In this document: positions 46,361 to 56,021 of the stretch, piece by piece | Layout of the letters: each line of letters opens with the position of its first letter | Numbering within the stretch: the first letter of the stretch is position 1 | Source: a virus | Lineage: Duplodnaviria > Caudoviricetes | IMG/VR virus record: IMGVR_UViG_3300048854_000081 | Location: 256,001 to 320,000 of that record | Reading direction: 5' to 3' (one strand) | DNA length: 64,000 bases | Program-made: the position numbers and the translations under genes | The notes under the pieces: generated by a model | What the model was told of the DNA's origin: nothing | Seen by the model: only the letters and a program-made list of their open reading frames with translations | Database searches by the model: none

Positions 46361-46818
46361 AGACCATTTACCTATTTTTAGATTTTGATGGTGTCCTTCA
46401 GGTGTTCTTTCCTTCAGATGATTACACTGATGAAGAAAATGACTACTTCGCATTCGCAAAGAATGTGGAGAAGGTTATCGTAGAATATGAAGACAAGTTG
46501 GATATCAAAATTGTACTTTCCACCTCGTGGAGATACAGTCATACACTTGACCGACTCAAAGCGTATCTTCCTAAGGGATTAGCGGATAAGGTCATTGGTG
46601 TGACACCTATGGAAGATGATAAGAAACCTCGTTATACATTTCCTCGTGAGGATGAGTGTCGTCAGTTCATGGTAGAGAATAATTTCACAGGTCCGTGGTT
46701 GGCCTTGGATGACTGTCCGGATATGTTCTATACAATGGAAAATGTATTTTATTGTCCTAACCATTTCAGGGAACCAGAAGCAGATAGGCTTCGGAAATCC
46801 CTAGACAAATTTATTTAA
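46357..46818 (+). CDS. HAD-family phosphatase (Swiss-Army-knife RNA-repair type)
   Basis: FLDFDGVL, VLSTSWR, WLALDD; same family as 24557-25114. Confidence 0.8.
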   Translation: MKTIYLFLDFDGVLQVFFPSDDYTDEENDYFAFAKNVEKVIVEYEDKLDIKIVLSTSWRYSHTLDRLKAYLPKGLADKVIGVTPMEDDKKPRYTFPREDECRQFMVENNFTGPWLALDDCPDMFYTMENVFYCPNHFREPEADRLRKSLDKFI

Positions 46819-46831
46819 TTTAAGGTGTGTA

Positions 46832-47719
46832 ATGGGTATTGTTAAAGAAGCTTTTGTCGAGGGTAGAGAGACTACCGTCGATTGGGATGCCAGCAAGGCA
46901 AAGAAAGATCAGACACGTCTAGACGTATTTTCTCATAACGTTGATAACTTTAACGGTCGCAAGTATGGTGAGAAAATTGCACTGGAACGGATTGATCCAC
47001 AAACTGGTAAGGCCGTAGATTATTTTTCTTCTAGACTAGAAGCGGCTAAGTGGGTCGTCACGAATGTCTTGAAGATGACCAGCGATCCAGATAACAAGAA
47101 AGCTTTAATGATTACCGGTAACATGCATATGTGTATGATTAGTGGTTTCAAAGCTTATGGATCATATTGGAAATACGTTAATAAGAAAGCGTTTTTGGAT
47201 AACGTAGTTAAGAAGTCTGCTAAATTAAAGAGTAAATTGGTTTGGGTGTTGGATGAATCTAAATCCAATACCAGTGGAGTGGCAGAAAACGTTCATGCTT
47301 CCATTGCTGAAGCATCCAAAGCGATTGGCGTACCGTCATCCACCATTCGTGATTCACTCAAGTCACCACGTAAGTATGGAAAGTACATCGTTATGGAATA
47401 CAATCCAACTGTCAAAGTAATGACATTCAAAAGTGCAGCAGAAGCAGCAAGAACTTTTGGAATGATTCAGAGAAAGATGGACAGAATCATTGATACTGGT
47501 AAACTTATCAATAACATTAAGATTAAAACTCTCCTAGCGAAAACTAAGACAGTTTATCAGGTGCTTGGTGATCGTGGTAAGATCATTGGTGAGTTTGATA
47601 CTAAGAGTGCTGTAGCAGCAGCTTACAAAGTAAGCAAATATAAGATTGATCGGGCATTAGCTGGTGAAGTAAAAATCTATGGCGTCCACCGCGTTATTTC
47701 TAAACAAAAGCGAGTATGA
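46832..47719 (+). CDS. NUMOD1-like repeat DNA-binding protein
   Basis: Repeated F.S..EAA motifs (FSSRLEAAK, SIAEASKAIG, FKSAAEAAR, FDTKSAVA). Confidence 0.6.
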   Translation: MGIVKEAFVEGRETTVDWDASKAKKDQTRLDVFSHNVDNFNGRKYGEKIALERIDPQTGKAVDYFSSRLEAAKWVVTNVLKMTSDPDNKKALMITGNMHMCMISGFKAYGSYWKYVNKKAFLDNVVKKSAKLKSKLVWVLDESKSNTSGVAENVHASIAEASKAIGVPSSTIRDSLKSPRKYGKYIVMEYNPTVKVMTFKSAAEAARTFGMIQRKMDRIIDTGKLINNIKIKTLLAKTKTVYQVLGDRGKIIGEFDTKSAVAAAYKVSKYKIDRALAGEVKIYGVHRVISKQKRV

Positions 47720-47749
47720 AAAAAGCCCCTTTCGGGGGCTTTCTTTTTT
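47719..47749. terminator. bidirectional intrinsic terminator
   Basis: AAAGCCCC-TTTCG-GGGGCTTT with A and T tails. Confidence 0.75.
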
Positions 47750-47752
47750 AGG

Positions 47753-48520
47753 TCATAGACCAGCTTCTTCCATGGCACAAATCCAAGATTTAACAAATGG
47801 ACTTCTTACAATGTCGTTCTTGGTAAATGTAATAACATCAAATTCCTTCATAAAACTTACAACTCTTAGGAAGTCTTTGAAACCACTGGATTCGCCACGC
47901 TTACCAATCAAGTCATTTTGGTTATAATCACCGCAGACGATGATTCTTGAATTGGTGCCTAGACGGGTGATTACCGAATTGATTTCGTGTAACGTTAAGT
48001 TCTGTGCCTCATCGATGATGATAACAGCGTTGTCCCAAGTCGAGCCACGGACGAACGAGGTTGGCATAAACTTAACCTTACCAGCTTCTTTCAAATCATC
48101 ATACGAACTAGATTTACCTAGCAAATCATGCATGATGTCCTTATATGGGGTTTCGAATGGTTCCAACTTCTCTTCAGCGGTACCCGGCAAGAAACCAATA
48201 TCACGAGAAGCAACCGCGCTTCTAACTAGAATGATGTGGTCTTCTTGGAAGTCCTTAGAGAGAATGGTATTAAGGCCGAGCCACAAAGCAAGGAAAGTCT
48301 TGCCTGTACCAGCCGACCCATCGGCTACAATATGATTGTCCATATGATACGATTCGATCAATGAACGTTGCGCTTCGGTGAGAGGTTTAATGGTCTTGAT
48401 ATCCAAGACGGACCATGTTTTCTTTCGTGGGCCTTGAGTGATAGCGACAACGTTGTTTGTGTTGACTGCTAATTCGTATCTTTCTGCTCTGGTCTTTCTC
48501 TTTGAAGCTTTCTTAGCCAT
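47753..48520 (-). CDS. phoH: PhoH-like ATPase
   Basis: GSAGTGKT, IGFLPG, RGSTW, IDEAQN, TRLG, GDYNQND, DIVRS; TATAAATA at 48707-48714 (minus). Confidence 0.92.
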   Translation of the reverse strand: MAKKASKRKTRAERYELAVNTNNVVAITQGPRKKTWSVLDIKTIKPLTEAQRSLIESYHMDNHIVADGSAGTGKTFLALWLGLNTILSKDFQEDHIILVRSAVASRDIGFLPGTAEEKLEPFETPYKDIMHDLLGKSSSYDDLKEAGKVKFMPTSFVRGSTWDNAVIIIDEAQNLTLHEINSVITRLGTNSRIIVCGDYNQNDLIGKRGESSGFKDFLRVVSFMKEFDVITFTKNDIVRSPFVKSWICAMEEAGL

Positions 48521-48612
48521 ATAATGTTAACTCCTAAAATTCATTGTATTTGTTATGGTCTTTGGTTTATAACGAAGGAATTTTTAGATTACATAACCCA
48601 CCCCCAAGTCGA

Positions 48613-48641
48613 TTGACTTATCCTGAGTGGACATATATAAT
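48613..48641 (+). promoter_or_regulatory. sigma70-type promoter
   Basis: TTGACT-N17-TATAAT. Confidence 0.65.
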
Positions 48642-48737
48642 CTTGTAGTTAAATTATATTGTTTAAAAAGAACTGTTAGCAAAAGATAACCTTTCGGATT
48701 CAATATTATTTATATAACGAATTATGGAAAACTAGAA

Positions 48738-48932
48738 ATGTCAGTAAAAACCTATGTTTACGAAGGAAAGGAAGTTGTGATGACAGGAAGAACCGCATCA
48801 AAAACTCTCCGTTCTGGTAAGATAAGTATCATCTACGAGATTCGCCCAGCCAACGTTCCAGCAGACCAGACCATGTATAATCAATGGGTTGCAAAGGATG
48901 AAGTATTTGAAGTGGATGCTGTACCTCTATGA
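48738..48932 (+). CDS. small hypothetical protein
   Basis: 64 aa. Confidence 0.6.
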   Translation: MSVKTYVYEGKEVVMTGRTASKTLRSGKISIIYEIRPANVPADQTMYNQWVAKDEVFEVDAVPL

Positions 48933-49441
48933 AAAAATACTATGGTGGTTTCTTCATCGTAGCTGTCGATGAAAAGTGGGGTATTGCTAAGGATAATACT
49001 ATACCTTGGCATTATAAGGAAGATTTTAAGTTCTTTAAGAAAATGACGGAAGGCTTTGCTTGTGTGCTGGGTTACAATACCTATGCAGAAATCGCGAAGA
49101 TGAGAGGTTATCCTGAGAAAACGGACCAACTGCTTCCGAATCGTATCTGTAAGGTGATCACTTCCCGTGACATCCCTACCTCACAGTTTGTTAAACGAAC
49201 CACCATAGATGGCGTGGTTAGTTCAGAAAACATCCATGCATTCATTGGTGGTGTCCTCATTTACAATTATGCTATGGAAGATTTTTGGGGTGCATGTGAG
49301 TACGGTTACATAACTCGTATTAAGCACGACCATGACTGTGATACATTCTTTAACAATGAATTGCTTGAGGAAGGATTCAAGCTCGGTGAAGTCATTGAAG
49401 AGACGGAAGACCTAAGATTTGAAAAATGGATAAGAAAATGA
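48929..49441 (+). CDS. frd: dihydrofolate reductase
   Basis: IVAVD..WGIAKDNTIPW..EDFKFFK, LLPNR, IGG, CDTFF. Confidence 0.88.
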   Translation: MKKYYGGFFIVAVDEKWGIAKDNTIPWHYKEDFKFFKKMTEGFACVLGYNTYAEIAKMRGYPEKTDQLLPNRICKVITSRDIPTSQFVKRTTIDGVVSSENIHAFIGGVLIYNYAMEDFWGACEYGYITRIKHDHDCDTFFNNELLEEGFKLGEVIEETEDLRFEKWIRK

Positions 49442-49947
49442 ATCTAATAGAATTAACTGAAGCACTCAAACAGAAGACCAAGGGAACTTACATGGCAGTG
49501 GATTTTTCTGCTGATACGGTCAAGCGTCTACGCAAGTTTATGAAAGACCACGATATCCCTAACCGTGTTCCTAAGGAAAAGTATCACACCACAGTGATCT
49601 ATTCTCGTAAGTATCTACCTGACGTAAAGGCTCTTGGTAAGATTGATCCACCTTGGATTGGTAAGCCTGTCAAGCTTGACATCTTCACCAGCAAGGAAGG
49701 TAACAATTGTCTTGTTTTACTTTTCTCTTGTAAGGAATTGGTGAAGCGTCATGAACAGATCATGGATGAGCACAAGGCTACCTATGATTTCCCTGAGTAC
49801 CATGCTCATATTACAATGTCTTACAATTGTGGTGACTTCGATCCTAAGTCGATTAAGGACTTTAGCTCGATTGGTGACATTGAAATCGTAAACGAATATG
49901 CCGAAGATTTAAATCTGGATTGGGCGAAGACTGAAGGCTCCGAGTAA
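49438..49947 (+). CDS. acb1: Acb1-like 2H phosphoesterase (anti-CBASS nuclease family)
   Basis: GTYMA, HTTVIYSR and ATYDFPEYHAHITMSY (two HxT motifs). Confidence 0.8.
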   Translation: MNLIELTEALKQKTKGTYMAVDFSADTVKRLRKFMKDHDIPNRVPKEKYHTTVIYSRKYLPDVKALGKIDPPWIGKPVKLDIFTSKEGNNCLVLLFSCKELVKRHEQIMDEHKATYDFPEYHAHITMSYNCGDFDPKSIKDFSSIGDIEIVNEYAEDLNLDWAKTEGSE

Positions 49948-50015
49948 CGGGCCAGCGGTTCACGACATTTTTCGTCACATAAATATTTTTACATATAGAA
50001 ATTGGAAATATATTT

Positions 50016-51305
50016 ATGTTTGATAACAAACACTTAGAAACACTTGAGAAGTTATTTAGAATTAAAAATCTACACCCGACCATTAGTAATGGTCGTTATG
50101 CTACTATGCGCGACCCAAAGTATGGTACTGCTACTCTTACTTCGTACAATCCACAATTGGTGACAGAGACGGAGACAGTCATAAAGTCATTCCTCAATAC
50201 TGTCAACACAATTGTGAAAGTTCCTTTCATGGGTAAGGAAATGGATGTTCATTACGGATATGAATTGACCACTCGTAATGAAGAGGGTGAATATGGGGCG
50301 TCAGTATTGGGCAATCAGTTAGACAGAATTCTGAAGATGGCTGGTGTCGCACCCGAATTCAGAATCGTAAAATATGTTGAAGGTAAGCCTTACCTAAAGA
50401 TTAATCCTGTTGTCCGTTCCGTGGAATTACCAACATTTGATGACAACATTTACGGTAACTTCGTCAATTCATTGATGCAGACTGGTCAGAAAGAGTTGTC
50501 GTTGATTGATCCATCTGGATTTCTAACCGAACACAATAGAATCGAACTTCATGATATCGAAAATGTCTTTCTAGCTGCCAATACTCTTGTAGAAAAATAT
50601 TTGTTGGATATTCATACGAATGAACTTGAAGCTATTGCGCAAGAACCAAAGAAAGACCCTATGTGGGAAAAATCTGAGGATGAAATCTACGATACCCTCG
50701 TAACTACGTTCAAGAAATTAGAAATTCCAGCTTTCTATGATTTGGCGGCTGAAGATAGAGCCAAGCGTGCTACAAAGCACGAGCATGAGAAATCTACCGT
50801 AGAATTTTTCAAGAAATGTACTTATTCAAACTACTATGAACCAGCCGAGTATGAAATCAAGCGTTGGGCATGGGAAGTAGATGTTACCTTACCTAACGGT
50901 TTTAATTTTGAAGATAAACGTAATGCCCGTCATACAAAGCAATTTCTAAGACTGGTCAACTTGACTATTGATTGGGTAACGAATTACTTTACTCCGATTG
51001 AAGATTTACAGATTGGTTTCTTGTTTGAAGATGGTTCTTTTGAGGACAGTCCAATCATCAAAAACATTTTATCTAATGTTATTGATGCAAAGGCTGTCTC
51101 TGCTTCTGATCTTGAACTGGTTATTGACCTTTATGACAGTAAGGAGTACGTTATTGGTATGAAGCCACCTGTGGCTGTTCCCGTAGAAAATGAAGGTGAA
51201 TTCAGGTTGGAAGATATAGCTACTCCAATTTCCGGAGTAGAATCAGAAGAGGAAGATACCCCCTACTTAACCACCTCATTAGGGTTTGGTAGCGAGTTCA
51301 TCTAA
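50016..51305 (+). CDS. hypothetical late protein
   Basis: 429-aa ORF; CATAAATA at 49978-49985. Confidence 0.7.
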   Translation: MFDNKHLETLEKLFRIKNLHPTISNGRYATMRDPKYGTATLTSYNPQLVTETETVIKSFLNTVNTIVKVPFMGKEMDVHYGYELTTRNEEGEYGASVLGNQLDRILKMAGVAPEFRIVKYVEGKPYLKINPVVRSVELPTFDDNIYGNFVNSLMQTGQKELSLIDPSGFLTEHNRIELHDIENVFLAANTLVEKYLLDIHTNELEAIAQEPKKDPMWEKSEDEIYDTLVTTFKKLEIPAFYDLAAEDRAKRATKHEHEKSTVEFFKKCTYSNYYEPAEYEIKRWAWEVDVTLPNGFNFEDKRNARHTKQFLRLVNLTIDWVTNYFTPIEDLQIGFLFEDGSFEDSPIIKNILSNVIDAKAVSASDLELVIDLYDSKEYVIGMKPPVAVPVENEGEFRLEDIATPISGVESEEEDTPYLTTSLGFGSEFI

Positions 51306-51368
51306 GCCGTATTGATTTACAACGTGATCCCATGTAGAATGCCGCTTAGCCTCTACATGGGATTTTTT

Positions 51369-53258
51369 ATGTCTAACATCGATGAACTTATTGCACAGCT
51401 TGAACTCTATGACGATGCCTACCATAACGGTGACGCGCTAGTTCCTGACGTTCAGTATGATCTACTGAAGGAAGAAGCACTTAAGCTCAAGCCGAACCAC
51501 CCTTATTTCATGCAGGTAGGTTCAGACGTTCGTGGAGGTAAGGTAAAGCTGCCTCATTCCATGGGTTCGTTGGATCAGATTTACCTCGATTCTGCCAAAT
51601 TTACCTTCTCCAAGTGGAGCGGTAAGTACAAGCTTGCCAAGGAAGACATTATTATCAGCCATAAGCTTGATGGTATCTCCTGTCTTGTCCAGTACAAGAA
51701 TGGTGAACTACAGATTGCTTATAGTCGCGGTAAGGGTCTTATGGGTGCAGATATCACTCGCCATGTTAAGAAGATTTCGAATCTCCCTAAGCAAATTGAT
51801 GGTAAGGGTCATCTGACCATTCGCGGTGAGCTAATCATGGCTGACCAGACGTTTGCTGATAACTGGGCATCCGAATTTGCCAATCCTCGTAACATGGTCG
51901 CCGGTATGTTCAACCGTAGCCAGAGCGACGATGCCGCCATTGCTGACGTAGTGTTTATTGCCTACCAGACAGTTGCAGCCAGTGATGAATACATTACAGA
52001 TACTCAGAGCGGCGATATGCTGCGACTCCACGAACTTGGATTCACGGTGGTTAACTGTGAAGCAGTTGTGGGTGGTGACCTCAATAACGATATCCTTACC
52101 GCGAAGCTTGCCAAGGCACGCTCTAGATCGCCGTATGCGCTCGACGGTATTGTTCTGACCATCGACGCCAAGGGTAGTCAAAAGAATCTCTCTAACAGTG
52201 ATAGCCTCAATCCTGAGCACTCTGTCAAGTACAAGGTGCAGGATAAGGATGCAGAAAAAGATGCGGTTGTGGTTGACGTTCTTTATGAAATCAGTAAGTG
52301 GGGTTCGTATAAGCCTCGTGTACAAATTCTTCCTATTCAGATTGGTGGCGTAACGGTTACGTATGCCACAGGTTTCAACGGTAAGTTCATCGTTGACAAC
52401 AAGATTGGTCCGGGGAAGAAAATCAAGCTGGTTCGTTCCGGTGATGTTATCCCCTACATCGTATCCGTTGAGAAAGACGATAAGATTGAGCCTAAGTATC
52501 CTGATGGTGCTTGGGATTGGAATGACAATAAGGTTGAATTCATTGATAAGAATTTTGCCACAAACCCTGACGTTATCTTTAAGCAGGTATTGGATTTCTT
52601 CAAGACACTTGATGTCGATCTTCTTAAGGAAGCCAGTCTTGAAAAGGTATTCGACAAACTGAGCCTGAGTGGTCAGTCTTACGAAACCATTCTGGAAACC
52701 ATTCTTAGCTTGATTGAAATGGAATGGGTGAGCATCATCGGTTCCAATGGCTCCAAGATTTTCGCCAGCCTTGAGCGTCGTCTGAGTGCGCTTACGATGG
52801 CTACCTACCTTGGCTCCGTGAACTACTTCGGTGCAGGCTTCGGTGTCCGTAAGGCTAAGCTCCTTCTCAAGAATGTATCCAATGAGGATGACGTATGGAA
52901 CCTCACGGTCAAGGACGTTGTTGACTTTGAAGGCTTCGATGTCAAGACCGCACAGAACTTCGTTAATGGTTTGAAGAAGGCGGAAGTCTTCGCCAGTGAG
53001 AACAAGCTGACGTTTGTCAAGGAAGTCAAGACGGACACGTTGAGCCATCTTAACGTTGTGTTCACTGGTTTCCGTGATAAGGATTTGCAGGATAAGTTGG
53101 AGAAGTCTGGTGCCAAGGTTGGTTCGTCGGTCTCTAAGAAGACCACACACCTTGTGACGGCTGAACCTAACTCAACCTCTTCCAAGGCTAAGAAAGCCCG
53201 TGAAATGGGTGTAGAGACCCTTTCTGTGGACGAATTCAAGGATAAGTTTAATCTGTGA
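51369..53258 (+). CDS. ligA: NAD-dependent DNA ligase
   Basis: YHNG..DVQYD, MGSL, KLDG, RGE, NPRN, DGIV, RSGDVIP; C-terminal BRCT (VFTG...SVSKKT). Confidence 0.93.
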   Translation: MSNIDELIAQLELYDDAYHNGDALVPDVQYDLLKEEALKLKPNHPYFMQVGSDVRGGKVKLPHSMGSLDQIYLDSAKFTFSKWSGKYKLAKEDIIISHKLDGISCLVQYKNGELQIAYSRGKGLMGADITRHVKKISNLPKQIDGKGHLTIRGELIMADQTFADNWASEFANPRNMVAGMFNRSQSDDAAIADVVFIAYQTVAASDEYITDTQSGDMLRLHELGFTVVNCEAVVGGDLNNDILTAKLAKARSRSPYALDGIVLTIDAKGSQKNLSNSDSLNPEHSVKYKVQDKDAEKDAVVVDVLYEISKWGSYKPRVQILPIQIGGVTVTYATGFNGKFIVDNKIGPGKKIKLVRSGDVIPYIVSVEKDDKIEPKYPDGAWDWNDNKVEFIDKNFATNPDVIFKQVLDFFKTLDVDLLKEASLEKVFDKLSLSGQSYETILETILSLIEMEWVSIIGSNGSKIFASLERRLSALTMATYLGSVNYFGAGFGVRKAKLLLKNVSNEDDVWNLTVKDVVDFEGFDVKTAQNFVNGLKKAEVFASENKLTFVKEVKTDTLSHLNVVFTGFRDKDLQDKLEKSGAKVGSSVSKKTTHLVTAEPNSTSSKAKKAREMGVETLSVDEFKDKFNL

Positions 53259-53833
53259 GATATGTTGTCAGATGTAAAATAGAAGACCACATCATAGAGT
53301 TAGCAAAAGAACATATGCTGGGTAAGACATTGAATAGATCGATCACCAATGGTGAAAGAGATTTGATGTCTACCATAGCAGAGATTTATTTTATCCATAT
53401 GATGGATATTCTTAAATTTGAAAACATCGATTATGTAAGATCAATGGACTATGATGTACTAATTGATAATTTAAAGATCGATATTAAAGCTAAACAGAGA
53501 ACCGTTGACCCTAAACCTGATTACATGGCAAGCATAGTTGCTTATAGTAAGACTAAGCAAAAATGTGATTATTATGCTTTTTGTCAGATCACAGTAGATC
53601 GTTCTGGTACGTTCAAAGATTTTTATTACATTGGTGGAATATCCAAAGAACTGTACTTTAAAAAATCTGAGTTTAAACGAAAGGGTGAACTTGATGGAAG
53701 CAACATGGTTAATGGATCGAGATTCAGGATCAGAGAAGATTGCTACAATTTAGCGTATGAAAATCTGAAATCTCTTTCGAAAGAAGATTCAGAGATTTTA
53801 TCTGATAAAAAATTTGAAATAATAGAGTGGTAA
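53255..53833 (+). CDS. PD-(D/E)xK-like nuclease domain protein
   Basis: E...YD...IDIK motif; AT-rich. Confidence 0.5.
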   Translation: MRYVVRCKIEDHIIELAKEHMLGKTLNRSITNGERDLMSTIAEIYFIHMMDILKFENIDYVRSMDYDVLIDNLKIDIKAKQRTVDPKPDYMASIVAYSKTKQKCDYYAFCQITVDRSGTFKDFYYIGGISKELYFKKSEFKRKGELDGSNMVNGSRFRIREDCYNLAYENLKSLSKEDSEILSDKKFEIIEW

Positions 53834-53836
53834 TTT

Positions 53837-54136
53837 ATGAAGACTCAAATAGTAAAATTTGAAGATGACACCTTTGGTATACGTAAAGGTGGGAAACTGT
53901 TCGGTTACCATTACCTCGTAAGATCAAGAGGTATCGGTAGATACGAATGGAAGTGGATTCCACATAGTGATATCGATCATAAGGTAAAGCTTCCTTATTA
54001 CGAGAAAGCAGTAAGGTTGCTCAGACTTTACGATGACGAAATTGCGAAGCCTAAGAAGGTATTACCAGATTACGGTACACCGTATGAGCGGTTTGATGCT
54101 AGAATGATTTACAATCGATTAGAGAATGAAGACTAA
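53837..54136 (+). CDS. hypothetical protein (paralog of the next gene)
   Basis: IVKF...GIRK...FG..YL...DYG. Confidence 0.65.
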   Translation: MKTQIVKFEDDTFGIRKGGKLFGYHYLVRSRGIGRYEWKWIPHSDIDHKVKLPYYEKAVRLLRLYDDEIAKPKKVLPDYGTPYERFDARMIYNRLENED

Positions 54137-54435
54137 TGTACGATCTTGATATTGTGAAATTTCGTAATAATAAATGGGCTGTCAGAAGAACCACTTTCTT
54201 CGGCAGATTTCGTTATCTTAGTATGTTCAAAACTGTACTCGGTGAAACAGGTATGAATGGTGGTAAGCGCATCGTTTGGTCTTGGCATAAGGTAGATCAA
54301 GCTGAGCGGTTTCAACTTGATTCAATTACAGAAGCAGAACATCTTGTTCTTGATTATATTAACGATCATACTGAGATTAGTGTAGATTATGGCTCTTCTC
54401 GGTCTCGTGCTACTGCACATGTTCCAGTACCATAA
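54136..54435 (+). CDS. hypothetical protein (paralog of the previous gene)
   Basis: IVKF...AVRR..FFG..RYL...DYG. Confidence 0.65.
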   Translation: MYDLDIVKFRNNKWAVRRTTFFGRFRYLSMFKTVLGETGMNGGKRIVWSWHKVDQAERFQLDSITEAEHLVLDYINDHTEISVDYGSSRSRATAHVPVP

Positions 54436-54451
54436 TATAATGTAAAATGGA

Positions 54452-55249
54452 TCATAGTTTTACTATGATCCATCCATTTATAGGTTTCCCATCTTTAAGG
54501 CGTCGGGCAAATGTGGATATATTCGTATTCAAAAACTCTAATACTGGTGGTCTTCCTATGAAAATAATTTGCTCAGAATCTTTGGATAACTGATATTCAA
54601 CTCGCAACACTGAATGATATTCAGATGATTTTCTTTTGATTTCTTCAGCTTTATCCTTACCATGAAGTTCTTCAAGCGTTTTCCCAATCATCTGTTCTCC
54701 ACGCTTAATTGAGCCCTTTATAAAATTTTCCTTACATTTTATTTTATGCTCGTTCGATTTTGGTTTCTGAAGCTTAACGCTACGGTCTTCCTTTAATCTC
54801 TTGGCTTCAGATTCACCATAAATTTCTTCATAGGTTTTACCAAGCTGTAAACCGGTTAAGGCTTGCGACATTTTAGCTTTGGATTCATCAGTGTGTTTTT
54901 TACCAAACATACCGTTATTAGGTCCAAAGTTTGTGGCACCCCTTCTACCACCGTAATCACAGTTGGTTAAAATACCGCCATTACTTTCTATACCATAGAA
55001 TGTTATAACCTTCGTCTCCAATAGATATGCGGTCTCTTCATCTAAATCTTTGTGTAATATTTTAGTGATAGGCTTAAGGTCAAGGGATATCAATTTTTTG
55101 ATGATATTATCCTTGTGAAAATTATGAGTCGTACCACCATTTTTTACTTTTGAATAGTGGTGATTAACTCTATAATACTTGCCTTTACCGACATAAAATG
55201 GTAGGTTAGTACGTGGATCAACCAACATATAAACATAGTAATTATTCAT
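54452..55249 (-). mobile_element. GIY-YIG homing endonuclease with NUMOD3 motifs
   Basis: YYVYMLVDPR...FYVGKG..R, E..I, LTN; MFGKKHTDESKAKMS; GKT.EE..G repeats. Confidence 0.85.
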
Positions 55250-56021
55250 GAATTCTCCAAATAAAATCAACTACAATGCTATATTTATCTCAGACACACA
55301 TCTTGGACGTGAGGAATGTCAATATCTTAAACTGTTGGTTTTCCTGAAGTCTCTTGAGACTGACGATGGTCACGGCTATCGTGTAAAGACGTTGTATTTG
55401 AATGGCGATATCATTGACATTACTAATTTTCAAAAGAAACCATTCTTCTCGCTACATCTGACCGTCATCAAGAAGTTACTTCGTATGAAGGACAAGGGTG
55501 TAGAAATCATCTACATCCTTGGAAATCATGAGGCACCTATCCATTCCTTGTTTGCGGATGAAAACGGTAACTATGAAGGAATCACCTTCAAGAAACACGT
55601 AATCCATGAAGCTTTGAATGGTAAGAAATATCTTGTCATCCATGGTGACCAGTTTGATGGTATAGTAAGAACTCACCCGATCATTTACAAGTTGGGTGAT
55701 GCGGCATATAACGTCATGAATGTTATTAACAACATTCAGAATAAGATTAGACGATTACTTGGTAAACCCGAGTGGAGCTTTGCCCATTGGATCAAAACAA
55801 AAGCTAAGAGTGCTGTGAAGATGGTTGGTGACTTTGAAACCATCATTGCAGATTACGCCAAGCGATTTGACGTAGATGGTGTCATGGCTGGTCATATTCA
55901 TATGCCGGAAGATCGTATGATTGATGGCATTCATTACCTTAACAGTGGAACGTGGGTTGAAATATGCTCTGCGATTATTGAAGATGAAAGTGGTACGATT
56001 ACAGTACAGAGGTTTGACTAA
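55248..56021 (+). CDS. LpxH-like calcineurin-family metallophosphoesterase
   Basis: ISDTHLG, GDIID, GNHE, HGD, GHIH, YLNSG. Confidence 0.85.
   Translation: MNSPNKINYNAIFISDTHLGREECQYLKLLVFLKSLETDDGHGYRVKTLYLNGDIIDITNFQKKPFFSLHLTVIKKLLRMKDKGVEIIYILGNHEAPIHSLFADENGNYEGITFKKHVIHEALNGKKYLVIHGDQFDGIVRTHPIIYKLGDAAYNVMNVINNIQNKIRRLLGKPEWSFAHWIKTKAKSAVKMVGDFETIIADYAKRFDVDGVMAGHIHMPEDRMIDGIHYLNSGTWVEICSAIIEDESGTITVQRFD

Noticed and set aside
51831-53150. 439-aa antisense ORF within the ligase gene
   Set aside because: No motifs or RBS; explained by codon bias of the sense gene.
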